From: Geosiphon pyriformis uo1
Taxonomy: Eukaryota; Fungi; Glomeromycota
Reading direction: 5' to 3'
Assembly: GCA_016748015.1 (NCBI GenBank)
Contig: JAAOMT010000518.1
Coordinates: 248,001 to 312,000 of the forward strand
Length of the DNA stretch: 64,000 bases
Position numbers and translations under genes: made by a program. The notes under the pieces were generated by a model, which saw only the letters and a program-made list of their open reading frames with translations, had not been told where the DNA came from and made no database searches. Shown piece after piece: positions 13,241 to 25,555 of this stretch. Numbering within the stretch: the stretch's first letter is position 1; the number at the start of each line of letters is the position of its first letter.

Positions 13241-15365
13241 ATTTTTTTCAGTGTATAAAGTTTTGAAAGAGAAGTGAAGAGTGTTTTCTTGAAAGAGATT
13301 TGAGTGTATATGTTATCTCTTTTAAAAAAGTGGTTCAACCACTTTCAGTAGTAACAATAATAAAAAAGTTGTTATTAATAATAAAATAGGATTTCAAAAA
13401 AAAAGAAAAAGAAGAATGCGTGTAAACGTGTTAAAAGGGGGATTTTTATGTGGTTAAATAAATTAACATATATAATAATAATAATGATATGAAACAAAAT
13501 TGGTTTTTGACTTTTCTTCAAGAACAGTAAAGAAAAGAAAAACTCTTTATTCTTACTCAGATTCCATCTCTTTATATAAACGCCCTTCCTAGAATAGTCG
13601 AACTAACTAGGTCTTTGTTTCATGTGTTTTTTGAGTACCGCGTGGTTTGATTTTCATATTTATGAAATTGAAGTTATCATCATCTATTATTATTATTATT
13701 ATTATTATTATTTTTTTAACCACAAAAGGAATTTGAGATTCCTTTTTTAGTAGTAATAGTAGTAATAGTAGTAATAGTAGTAATAGTAATAATAGTAGTA
13801 ATAGTAATAATAGTAGTAGTAGTAGTAATAATAATAAACGTCTTGAATGAATCATTTAAACCAAAAAAGATCAACATAAGGAAGAAAAGAACGCTTTGTT
13901 GACCTTCTTAGAAAAAACCAATATTTTTTCAATATTTTGTAAATGATTTGAAAAAAATAAAATAAAAAGAGTATTACACTGATCGCAGAAAATACTTTGT
14001 TGTTGTTGTTGTTGTTGTTGCTGTTGTTGTTGTTGTTCTTATTGTTTCGAAATCAGCAACACACTTTAGTTCCTTTTAAGGAAACAAAGATCTGTGGAAA
14101 TTTAATCATGCATTTCCATTTCGGTTATTAAAAAAAAAAAAAAAAATGAAAAAATGAAACTTTTTAGGGTTAATTTTTTAACCCTTACTACTACTAAATT
14201 TGAAATTATCTCCTACTCTGAAAATTTTTGTATTAGGCAAACAATGGATAATAGTTCTAAAGATAATATTAGGTGTAACTAAAAATTATCTTTTTGAACT
14301 TGCATTACATGACAACAGCGAGTATCTTCTTTCTTTCTTTCTTTCTTTCTTTCTTTCAAATCTAAACTATACAAGTAAATAAATAATAAATAATAAATAA
14401 TAAATAATAAATAATAAATAATAAAAAAAGTAGTTTTTTTTTTGGAGAAAAATTTAATAAATGACTCATTCATTTTAGGTTTCATATTTCAATTTAAACC
14501 TAATACATTCAAGTGTTTGATCCTTTTTTTACATGAGTGAAAAGTATAACCACTTTTATTAATGATCAATTAAATAAGGTTTTGGATTCAAAAAAAAACC
14601 TAAAAAAAAAAAAACAGTCTTATTCTTCGGGATTAGCTACTCCGTTTTTTCATATCTACTCTTGTATCATGACATTGTTACCAGTGACCTACACATGATT
14701 AATATTTATATTTATATTTATATTTATATATTTTTTTTCTACCATTGTTCAACTTGTATATCTGATAAAATTTTAATTATATCAACCAATCAACGAGCTT
14801 CGATCGATGTATATGATATGATGATTCCCCAACAAAAACTAATTTTATCACTGGGATTCGCGTTTTTTACCTCAACAAACAACAACAACAACAACAACAA
14901 CCCGGTCTTTTGAGCCTATCAATAATATATTTTGATTTCACATCATGATAAACTTTTAGATTTTGATAATGATGATGATGATGATGATGATGATGATAAT
15001 GATGCAACAAAACTATAAAGGAAAATCATTATTATTATTATAATTATTAATTCTGAAACTAAACATTATGTTGTTTGATGACGATTTTCTTTATTTTTTA
15101 ATTATCTTGTGAAAAATCCTTCCCTCTTCACAATCTTCTTTCTCTTTCTATTTTTCCTTTTCCTTTTCCTGTTCCTTTTATCCATACCCTACATATTTCT
15201 TTAAATCAACCGCGATAAAAAACTCAATCAACTAATGTACAAATTTTCCCTCTCCCCCCCCCTCCCTCCCTCCTTCCCTCCTTCCCTCCTTCCCTCCTTC
15301 CCTCCTTCCCTCCTTCCTTCCCTCCTTCCCTCCTTCCTTCCTTCCTTCCTGCCTTCTTTCTTTCC

Positions 15366-15538
15366 TTACGTTAAATAATGAACAATAGCCCACATGCAGA
15401 AAAGAGTAAATATACAACCGCCTATGAAAATCCACGTATCCTGACCTGACCTTCGTTCAATGTATTGAATTACACTACGTGATAATCCAAGGGTATTGGC
15501 TACATCCAACATTCGTCTCTGTGCACTCTATCAGGATG

Positions 15539-15569
<31 letters not shown>

Positions 15570-15828
15570 TAATAATAGTCATAAGAATAATAAGAATAAT
15601 AATAATAATAATAATAATAATTAAAGGGTGTTGGTTTATTTGTGTTGATTTATCAATTGGATCATCATTCAAAAATGCAACAATCGATTCACATCCCAAC
15701 CCAAAAAATTAATATAAATTTTAATATCGCACCCAAAATGAAATCCGATTATTTTGCGTAAAAAAATAATGAGATATCAATGATTAGTTAATCATATTAT
15801 AATATTTTTTCCAAAAATCATCATCATC

Positions 15829-15866
<38 letters not shown>

Positions 15867-16848
15867 CCTTTTTACCTTCAACACATTATTCTGATCATAA
15901 ATATTATTCAAAATCTCGCGCCCATGTGCTATATATTCGTCCAATTTATTATCAGTCTCATTGAGAAATTCATTCTCGCGAAAAACATGTTCTTGTGAGG
16001 AATTGTTAATGGCTGCATGTTGAAAAGGATATTCCGGCTACAAAGACAAAAAAAACCATTTAACCCATTAAAAAACATTCAATCATTTGTATCGCTGAAA
16101 TTCGGTTTTGCTTTGATCAAAATAATAGTTGAAATGAAAAATTCCACTCACCGTTGCTGTATTATGCCGTCTACCTAATAATTCGGTCCGATTATTTTTA
16201 ACTTTCTGTTTGATATTGATAAATTTTTTTTTTGATGTTTAGATCATCCCAATATATAAAAAATATTTTGAAAATTGGCGGAAATTTTCCCAATTCAAAC
16301 GAAAAAGAAGAAATGAACCCAATAAAGAAAAAATCTCATCATCCCACCATTTTCTTACCTTGTTTTGCTCACGTTGCTTTAGTTTATCAAATTGTTCTTT
16401 TAAACTATTATATTCACTTCTTAAATTATTCACATTCCTAAAAATTTTCAACGTTCAATTACTAAAAATATTCACCAAAAAAACCACTTGAAAAAAACTA
16501 AACATAAAAGGACCCCTACATACGCATTCGCTTTCTCTTGTTTCACCAAGATAATTTCCTTTTTTGCCATGGCATCATAATCATCGATCGTCCGTTTCAG
16601 CGCCGTAAAACTCGCTGATACTTGTCCTATAAAACCAGGAGTAATAATGTAGAATGAGAAAGAATTTAACACTATTGAACTTATAAAAAGTGTATACAAA
16701 ACCTTCCCTTCTCATATATGTCTTTACCAAATAAAACTACCAGCATACCTTGAAGCCCAACTGACAAATCTTCTTCCCTTTCAAACTTTTCTAGATCTGT
16801 TTGCAAACTTTGAACCTGTTTTAATGCTTGCTTGTTCAAATTATTCAT
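15366..16848 (-). CDS. BOS1: ER-Golgi Qb-SNARE Bos1/membrin (6 exons)
   Basis: MNNLNKQALKQVQSLQTDLEKFE...GQVSASFTALKRTIDDY...ETDNKLDEYIAHGREILNNIYDQNNVLK|SAQRRMLDVANTLGLSRSVIQYIERRSGQDTWIF plus a C-terminal TM; stop 15368-15366. Confidence 0.93.
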
Positions 16849-19638
16849 ACTTTTTCGGCAGGTTGATAGTAGTTCAAATAGAAAAGGATAGAGTTCTCAA
16901 ATTGAACTGAATATAAAAAAGAGGTACTGGGTACTGAAATGTGGTATGTTAAAAGAAAATTTGTTCAACGAATTGTATTCGGACCTGTACTTCTAATTAA
17001 AAGAGCACCCAACCAATCATTTCTCATCAAGTCACGGCATCATTGGTAGGGATGTTAATCGGTCCGCCCGCTCAGGACTTAGTTCATGAGACCGATCCAG
17101 GACTTAAAAATGGGATTAAATCATCTAAAATATAGTAAAAACATATAATATGAATATAACTACGAAAAAGATTTTTGTGATAAAAAAACAATAAGTATTT
17201 TTAAAACAGACAAAATTATAAAAAAATTTGAATTATGAAAAACAAAAACTAGATTTGTGAATTATATAATGAAATAAACTTAGTAATTAACTTGGTATTG
17301 TTTTATAACAATAATTTCGCTTATTGCTCATTTTGTTTAATTTTTATTACCATTCTTATTTATTACTACCAGATTAATATTGCCAAAAAAAAAAATGAAC
17401 AAATAGTGTAATTTTAATAGTCATCACTCCAATATTCATTTGTAATTTAACTCTTAAAACAAAGTAAAGTATAAACTGTTTTGTTTTTAATTTTGTTTTA
17501 AACTGTATTGATTGTATGTTTTAAATGCTACAAATTGATTTAAATAAAACATTAAATATTAAAGTCACAAAATAGTTTTGGGCAAGTTTTTTTCATTCAA
17601 AAAAATTAATATAATTTGTTTTAAGTAAAAGTTAGAAATATTGTTTAATTATTATAAATAATATATTAATTATATATTAAATAAATATTTTAAAAATATT
17701 AATTATTTTTTTAATTTTTTCAAATTATTAAAAGATAAAATATTTTAAATTTTAATAAATAAATATATTAATTTCTAGTATTTTAAAATTAACTTTATAA
17801 ATTTGTAATTTTTTTATGTTTTTTAAAAATAATAATAAATCATATAGTTTATTAAAAAAAACATAAACTTTTTTTAAATTTTATTTTATTTTTTGTAATT
17901 TTATATCTATATATTAAGATTTAAAATATGTACAATATAATATAATACAAATATATTTAATTACTTTAAAATATTTAATTTTATTTTGGTTATAAATAAT
18001 AATTTTTTTTTAATTTTAAATAATACTAATAATAATAATAATAATATAACTGTTAAAATTGTTTCTAATTAATTTGTTAACATAATATATTATGTTTTTT
18101 TTTATTATAAATGTTTTTTGTTAAAATATATAAATTTAAAATTTTTTATTTAAATTTAAGTCAAAAAACATAGTTAAATCAAAATTTTTAATTTAATATA
18201 ATTTAAATAATTAATAAAATTTAAAAAGTAAATAATTTATATTTATTATAATGTTATAAATAAAAATAATATTTTAATAAATAACAAAAAAATAAATATT
18301 GTATAACAATAAAAATAATCAAAAAAAAATTTTAATCAAAAAAGCAAATTAAATAAGTAAGTAATTTAATTAATATAATTAATCTTATAAAAATCACAAT
18401 TATTAGATTTTTTAAGAAATCTGAAAATTATTAAATAATAATACAATTATTATAATTTTATGATTTAGTTAATGCTTTTAAAAATTAATAATAATAGATA
18501 TTAAAAAGTTTTTTAATAATTGTTTATTCAATAATATTTTCATTAAAGTTAACATAATACAAGTTAAGAAAAAAAAATTTTTATCTTAAGATGTTTATTA
18601 AAAAAGAAATAAACATAAAAAAAAATCAAATTGAATCAGATAACTAATACTTAAACAATTAAATTTTGTATTTGAAGAGTTTTGCTTATATATCTTCTAA
18701 AAAAGACAGTTGATTAAGTCAATAATTAAATTAATAACCAGATTAATGATTACATCAATGATTAAGTTATTAATCAGATTAACGATCAAGTTAAAAACTA
18801 ATTCTAAAAATAGGTTGGCTAATATATAATTAAAATAATTAAAAATAAATATTATATTAAAGAAAATAGAAATATTGAAATATAAGAATAGTATTAAAAA
18901 AAAGTAAAAAAAAATCCATTACAAAAAAACATCAAATAATATAATTAATATCATTAAAGTTATCTACAAACTTGCCGATAGTTGAATAATGTTATTTTTA
19001 AATTAAACTACTTTTTACTCAAACACTTGTTGTTTAATTGGTTTTGTTTGATTGATTACAATATAATGTTAAAAAGTATTAACTTCTGATTTAAACAACT
19101 ATGTTTTTCATAAATCGAAAAGGAAATTATAAATATTTAAATATTTAAATAATAATATATTTTTATAAACTCAATATATTAAATGTGACTTAAAACTTTT
19201 GACTTTTCCAAATAATATAAATTTTAGAAAATAACCTAACCTCTAGCAAATATAAAGATTTCTGTACAATTGTATTGTGTATTTCACAAATTTCAATACA
19301 CCTCATTCACTTGGATCACTAAATTAAAGGTCAAAATATTAATAACATTAATTATTCTGAGAATCATTAAAGTCATTATTACATATGAGCATCCGTAGTG
19401 ACGCAAGTAGCAAAATATATTATCTTCGTGAAAGTTGTCTAATACCCTAAAGATTATTCTTGATTACTAAAACATATTAATTTCTTAAATTCTCAATGAT
19501 ACCACATACCATTTAAATTTAAACGTGATTATCAATAATAGATTGGTGAAAAGTGTTTTTAGTTTTTGAGCTTCTAATTACCTCATTGTAGGCTTTAAGA
19601 GTTTAGTGAATAAACCACTTTTATATAAAAAAAAAAAA

Positions 19639-20727
19639 ATGACTACCCCTATATTCCCTCGCCTTGTAAGGCCCGGGACAGAAACTGAAGCAGAAAAAAC
19701 ATCAGAAACATTCAGCCCAGACTTAAACGTACGGTTAATTTGTCCAGACTGCAGGAATCCAGTTCCGAATATTATTGAGGAATTTGCCTCAGGGGACTTG
19801 GTCTGTGGTGATTGTGGCCTTGTGCTCGGTGATCGAATAATCGACACGCGTTCCGAATGGCGTACCTTTACCAAAGGTGATAACAATGACGATGATCCCT
19901 CACGAGTTGGGGATGCCGCTAATCCTTTGTTAGAAGGATCCCAACTGAACACTTATATATCCCAACGTGATGGTGGAACCTCACGTGCTAAAGCGTTAAA
20001 TCGCGTTCATTATCGCGCAGTATCCGATAAAGCCACCATCACCTTAACTCATGCTTATACTCAAATCGAATCGATGACAAATGCTCTTGAGTTGACTAAA
20101 GAGGTTAGTGACATTGCCAAACAGTTATATAAGCGTGCCCAAGATGAAACTCTTTTGCGCCCTAAAAATCGAGAAGCAATTATGGCAGCCTGTATTTATG
20201 TTGCATGTCGTGTAAAACAAGTTGGGCGCACGTTCAAAGAGCTTTGTGTTGGTCTTGGTGTACCTAAGAAAGAAACAGGTCGCTGTTTCATCATTTTAAA
20301 AGAAAATTTAGATATAGGTTTAACGCCAATGAGTTCCGAAGATCTTGTAGCCCGATACTGCGGTCGACTTGGTATGCGTGCCGAAATCAGAAAAGCTGCT
20401 TACGAATTAACTAAACGTGTACAAGAATTGGGATTTATGGCAGCACGTAATCAAAATACTGTTGCTGCCGGCTGTATCTATGTTGTCGCTCAGATTTATC
20501 AAGATCCAAGAACTGCAAGTGAGATTAGTAGGGCATGTGCTTTAAGTGGTGGTGCAGTCGTTAGCAGTTATCAGCAACTATATAAAGAACAAAAATCCTG
20601 GCTTGATGTATTGGATCAGAGTTTGGTAAGGAAGTATTTCAAGCTCCCTGAGAATGCTCTTGAGAAATCCCCAAAATCCAAGAGCCCTATTAGTCCAAAA
20701 GACAAGGAAGACAATTTGAGTAATTGA
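19639..20727 (+). CDS. SUA7: Transcription initiation factor TFIIB-family protein, intronless and divergent
   Basis: Zn ribbon CPDC...GDLVCGDCGLVLGDRIID, B-reader TRSEWRTF, DDPSRVG, and two cyclin folds (AIMAACIYVACR...RTFKE; TVAAGCIYVV). Single open exon from ATG 19639. Confidence 0.9.
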   Translation: MTTPIFPRLVRPGTETEAEKTSETFSPDLNVRLICPDCRNPVPNIIEEFASGDLVCGDCGLVLGDRIIDTRSEWRTFTKGDNNDDDPSRVGDAANPLLEGSQLNTYISQRDGGTSRAKALNRVHYRAVSDKATITLTHAYTQIESMTNALELTKEVSDIAKQLYKRAQDETLLRPKNREAIMAACIYVACRVKQVGRTFKELCVGLGVPKKETGRCFIILKENLDIGLTPMSSEDLVARYCGRLGMRAEIRKAAYELTKRVQELGFMAARNQNTVAAGCIYVVAQIYQDPRTASEISRACALSGGAVVSSYQQLYKEQKSWLDVLDQSLVRKYFKLPENALEKSPKSKSPISPKDKEDNLSN

Positions 20728-21643
20728 AGGTAATAAAAATCATTAAATCATGTTTTCACATGAAGCAATTCGAGATAGATTCAATTAAAGTATATTAATT
20801 TCTAGGTTTATTTCCAATTTGGAAATTAGTCATTATCCTTCAAATTTCAAACTTGTTGATGTTAGAATCTACTCGAGTTCTCCATTTTAGCACTCTAAGT
20901 ACCATATATCCCTTTAAATTTGTATTTTATAAAAAAAAATAGTTATTTTTCCTGCAGTCCCATTGTAAAACAAAATTTATACAAATATTTGCGTTTCAAT
21001 GGTTCCTTGGGTGATTTAAGAATAATATTAAAGTCTTTTTAAATGTCCCGGTCATCTTTATCAAATTGACCTCATCTCAAAATCGCTCTTGAACTAAAAA
21101 AGCTATAGGTCTACAAATGAATTTCAGAAAACCTCAATACCTCTATAGAAATTCAAATTTTCCGCCGTGATAAAAACAAATATATGTGTTTCGAATTGTA
21201 TCCATCAATCTTTGCTAGCTGGAATACGTTTTGTCTTGTTAACTAGCTATTACAAAGTGGTTTTATTAAAAGATTAATAAAAGAGATAACTATCAGTGTG
21301 GGTGCTAATTTGTTTATTGTAACAATATTGAGTTCTCTCAAGAACTGAATGGTTGAAAATTGGGGTTGATCTGGATAGTAATATCATAAAATGAGACGTT
21401 TTGTTAAATTTAGAAATTGGCTCGAATCATAAAAAAGATTGTTTAATATTTCATTAAACACCTTTACAATTTGAATTTTATATTATACGATCCGAAAATA
21501 TTTTTTTGTTTGTATCTGCAGAATGAAAATCATTTGAATTGTTATTTATTTATTTATTTTTACCTTAAGAGTATCTTTTTATCATCACACAATTCCTCAG
21601 TTTTAAAGTCTCTCTATATAAGAATTTATTTGGAACAAATATA

Positions 21644-23363
21644 ATGACTGACTCAATTACAACAACATTCAAAGTTCTTTCACTCAATTGCTGGCAAGTT
21701 TTAAATCAACTTACTAGTTTTTTGTATTGAAGCTTTTAGAAATTTCATGAAATCCTACTTTCCAACCATTTTTTCAGGGGACTGAAATTTGTCTCTAAAA
21801 AACGCACCGAACGAATGAAATGTATCGCTGATATCTTGGCTGACTCAGACTATGAAATTATTGGCTTACAAGAAGTATGGGTATACAGTGATTATGAACT
21901 TATTCGAGAAAAAACCAGGCAACGATTTTCATTTTCAAGATTTTTTCAAAGGTAAGTAGCTATAAATCATGACTTGAAGGCGATTTAAAATATATATATA
22001 TTGGCCCATTTTTAATCAAGCAAAATTCATCTCTCACACATATTCGACTATTTTTAATAAAGTGGTATATTAGGTAGTGGCCTAGTAATTCTTTCACGAT
22101 TCCCCATTCTCGAAATATCACATCATCCGTATAGGTTGAATGGTCGTCCCATAAAATTCACACATGGAGATTGGTATGTCGGAAAAGGCGTTGGAAGCAT
22201 TCTAATTGAACACCCTGTTGCCGGATATACAGAAATTTTTATATCTCATGTAAGATTGCTCTATAAAGATTAATCGGAATCATTATTGAAAAATTTTTGA
22301 ACAAATCTAAAGTAAGTATTTTGTAGACACATGCTGGATATGGCTCAAAAAATGATGACATTTACTTAGGGCATCGAGTTTCTCAGGCCTGGGAGATTGC
22401 CAATATTTTGAGGAATTCCGCAGCTCGTGGACGAAATGTTATAGCCGTAAGCAGAAAATTTATTTCCTTTCAAATTAAATCAAAATTTTCAAGATCATGA
22501 CTAATTGAATAAAAATCATAACTTTTTAGCTAGGTGATTTTAACAATGACTCGGACAGTTTACTTTACAAGCTTATTACACAACATGGTCAAATGACTGA
22601 TGCCTGGGCATTTCAAAATTCTCCGTCATCTGATCCAAACCAGCAACAGATCGCATTTATAAATTTCAAAGAACGAAATACGGAAATTGGAGATAAGGGT
22701 ATAACCAGCAATTCACCGGCGAACACTTGGAGCCGTAATTATTCTATAAGAGATTTAAATCAAAATCAAAATTTGGGCCAAAGAATTGACTACATTTTCT
22801 TCCGAAAAACTTCACAATTTTGGTGTGTCAGGTCACGAGTGGTGTTTACTGACATCATCCCTGAGTATCGATGCAGTTATTCAGATCACTTTGGGGTCGA
22901 TGCTACGTTTATTTTGGCTGCAACTGACAAAAATTCTTCATCAGCTTTGGAAGAACCTGGATTTGAAAGTTTTTCAAATTTGGATCCAGTTATATATAGA
23001 CCTCTGATTGATTTATTGCGCAAAGATTTAGAAGTATCGGCATCAACGGCTCAATTCCAATTGATAACATTTTGGCTTTCCTTAATCTTCGTAATTGGTG
23101 GAATCATCGCTGAAGCTTTAATCACAGCAAAAGCTTTAGAACCTCATCCTTGGATTCATATTTTCATTCTAATTGGTGTAACAACATTTGTGATTACCGG
23201 GGTTATATTTGGATTGATTGGGTTTCTCTTTGGAAATTCGGAACAGAGGGGCTTGAAACATTTAATGGATGAGGTGGAATCGTTTGTTGAAGGAAAGATA
23301 GTAAATTTTGATAAACGAACAAAAGAGTTTAATCAAGATTCTAAAAATGACAAAACAATTTGA
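21644..23363 (+). CDS. ISC1: Inositol phosphosphingolipid phospholipase C / neutral sphingomyelinase
   Basis: KVLSLNCWGLKFVSKKR, IIGLQEVW, SGILGSGL, GDWYVGKG, GDFN, TDAW, RIDYIF, SDHFGV, two C-terminal TM helices. Intron 1 is GC-AG (21694-21777). Confidence 0.93.
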
Positions 23364-24434
23364 AAATGGGAAGGGTTTCAGGCCAAATATTTGTATTATG
23401 AACTTGAGTAAATTAGAGGACTATTTTAAAAATTGATTAAATAAAATAATTTCCTTTTTAAAAACAATCTATTCAAAATAAAACACATTTGATTTTTGGT
23501 CATGTGTAAATAAAAAAAAGATAAGAATATAAACCAGTGCAAACTTATTCATTTTATACTTTACACAACAAAAAAATTCAATAAATAGTTATGAATATAT
23601 ATCTAATTTTTTTTTATTTCTTAATCTTGTAAATTTTATGTTTACAAAGCAAAAAAAAAAAGAAACAATTACTATTTCTTGTATTATAACTAAGAAAACA
23701 ACAACAACAACAACTGAAAAGCCTTTTTAGTAGTAAAAGCAACTTAACAAAACCATTGTAACAACATTGCTTTTAAATAACACAACTTTAATTGTTTTAA
23801 AGCATTTTATTTTTTTTATACTGGAGATTTTTGTTCAATTAAAGTTTTGTTAAAACAATAAAACTACTACTATTATTTTTAATTATTATTACTATATTTC
23901 AAATAACCAGAATAACCAAAATAACCAAAAATTAGTTATTATTACTATTTAATTATAATAGTAGCAATTTTTTTTGTAATTTTAAAAAAAAAAATAAAGT
24001 TTCAGTTTTTTTAGTTTAATATTAATTTTGTTTTACGAATATTAATTATATTAAGTAGTTTTAATTTAATTATAAATAATAACATTATTTTTCAATTTAA
24101 AAATTTAACAATAACAACATATTTAACAAAATAAAATAAAATAAAATAAATAAAATAAAAATTATTATTTTTTGTATTGTTTAATATAATTATTTTTAAC
24201 TAATATTTATTATTTTTTAAAAAAACAAAACAAGTCATGTTTTAATATATAAACACTTTTATTTACTTTACAAATATTATTATTATTTATTTTTTTATTG
24301 GTATTGCTATATTTTTTTGTTTTAATTAATAATTAAAAAGTTATTATTAGCTATTAAAATTTTTTTGAGTAAATAATTTTTTAATTAAATTATGTAAAAA
24401 AAAATTTTCTAATTTTTGTTTCGTTTTAAAAAAA

Positions 24435-25555
24435 GGTAAAATCGCACGTGTTTAATGACTCAATTCATATTTCATTACCAAAATGCTTCCACCCCATTGA
24501 AGCTAATGGAAAGTGTGGAACATGATCATTTCCATAGGTGACGCGGTAATGGGTGACTTTCAAAAATCTTTCTTGATGCAAGTTCTTATTTCCAACTATC
24601 GGAGCCCCAAAAGTATATAGTTCATAGTAACGATGAACCACCTGAACCGACTAGATAACTAAAGATTGAAGTCTATGCTATTATATTGAAAATACAATTT
24701 TTTATTTTATTAGAAGCTAAAATATAATTCAATTTTATTCTTGATTACTAAAAATATAGAAATATTTAAGTAACAAACCTCCACCAAGACCATGCCCAAT
24801 AAACCCAAGAACTGAACGTTCATCGACTGAAGGATCATGCCAGTACTCCAAAATAGCTCTTTTTAACTCAGGGAATAAGAGTTCTACTTCTTTAAAACAC
24901 TTGTGAATCAATAGAATAGCTTTTTTGCCTTTTTGGGTATATTAATGTTGGATTTCTTGATCCATTCTTCCTTTGTTAATTTCTTTTGTGTAAAAGAGAG
25001 ATTATTGATGTTATTTTAATGAAAAAAAAAAGTATATCATTCATGAAAGTCAAAGATCTTACTGGGCCGATAAATATTATTACTGTATGATTGGGACGGG
25101 GCTTCTCAGAGATATGCATGCACTAAAACATTTTCTTTTTAGACAATAGTCTTAAAATTAAAAAATTTGACTGTATAACAAAATATCTCTGATTTGCAAA
25201 CCGGGTACTTTTGAGCCAGTGTTATTTAGTCCTGCACACACAGCCTACAACATTTATCAAACCTGGAGCGTTGAAAAGGAACGAAGGAATGGTTTCATTC
25301 ATATAAGAGAGTGGCCATTTAACATATAATTGTGAACGTCTTTTAGCTTGATTCGTATTTAGTGAAAACTTTGTAAGTTTCATAGTTGAAAAATCTTGAA
25401 TTGTATCTAATTTTTGAGTGAACTTAATATTTTGAAAGCCTTTTAAATCTATTAATTTTTTTTTGGTTTCCGGGCATCCAAAAATAAAATATCAATAGTA
25501 TGAAAGTTGTCATTATAATTTTAAATCTGCTTTGAAGATTAAGTTTAAAGTGCAT
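24435..25555 (-). pseudogene. Secreted class 3 lipase (Lipase_3) pseudogene, GHGLGG variant
   Basis: Hydrophobic N-terminus from ATG 25555; VIIFIGP; FIGHGLGG (24797-24780); YTFGAPIVGN; YRVTYGNDHVPHFP; GWKHFGNEI*IE with TGA at the conserved Trp (24467-24465). Several frameshifts; 3' exon not found. Confidence 0.85.

Noticed and set aside
11839-15699. ORF-track poly-I/S/L/N/Y and EGRK-repeat proteins (11839-12117, 12290-12520, 13607-13855, 14200-14485, 14662-14913, 15232-15699)
   Set aside because: Translations of microsatellites, or off-frame overlaps with the last BOS1 exon.
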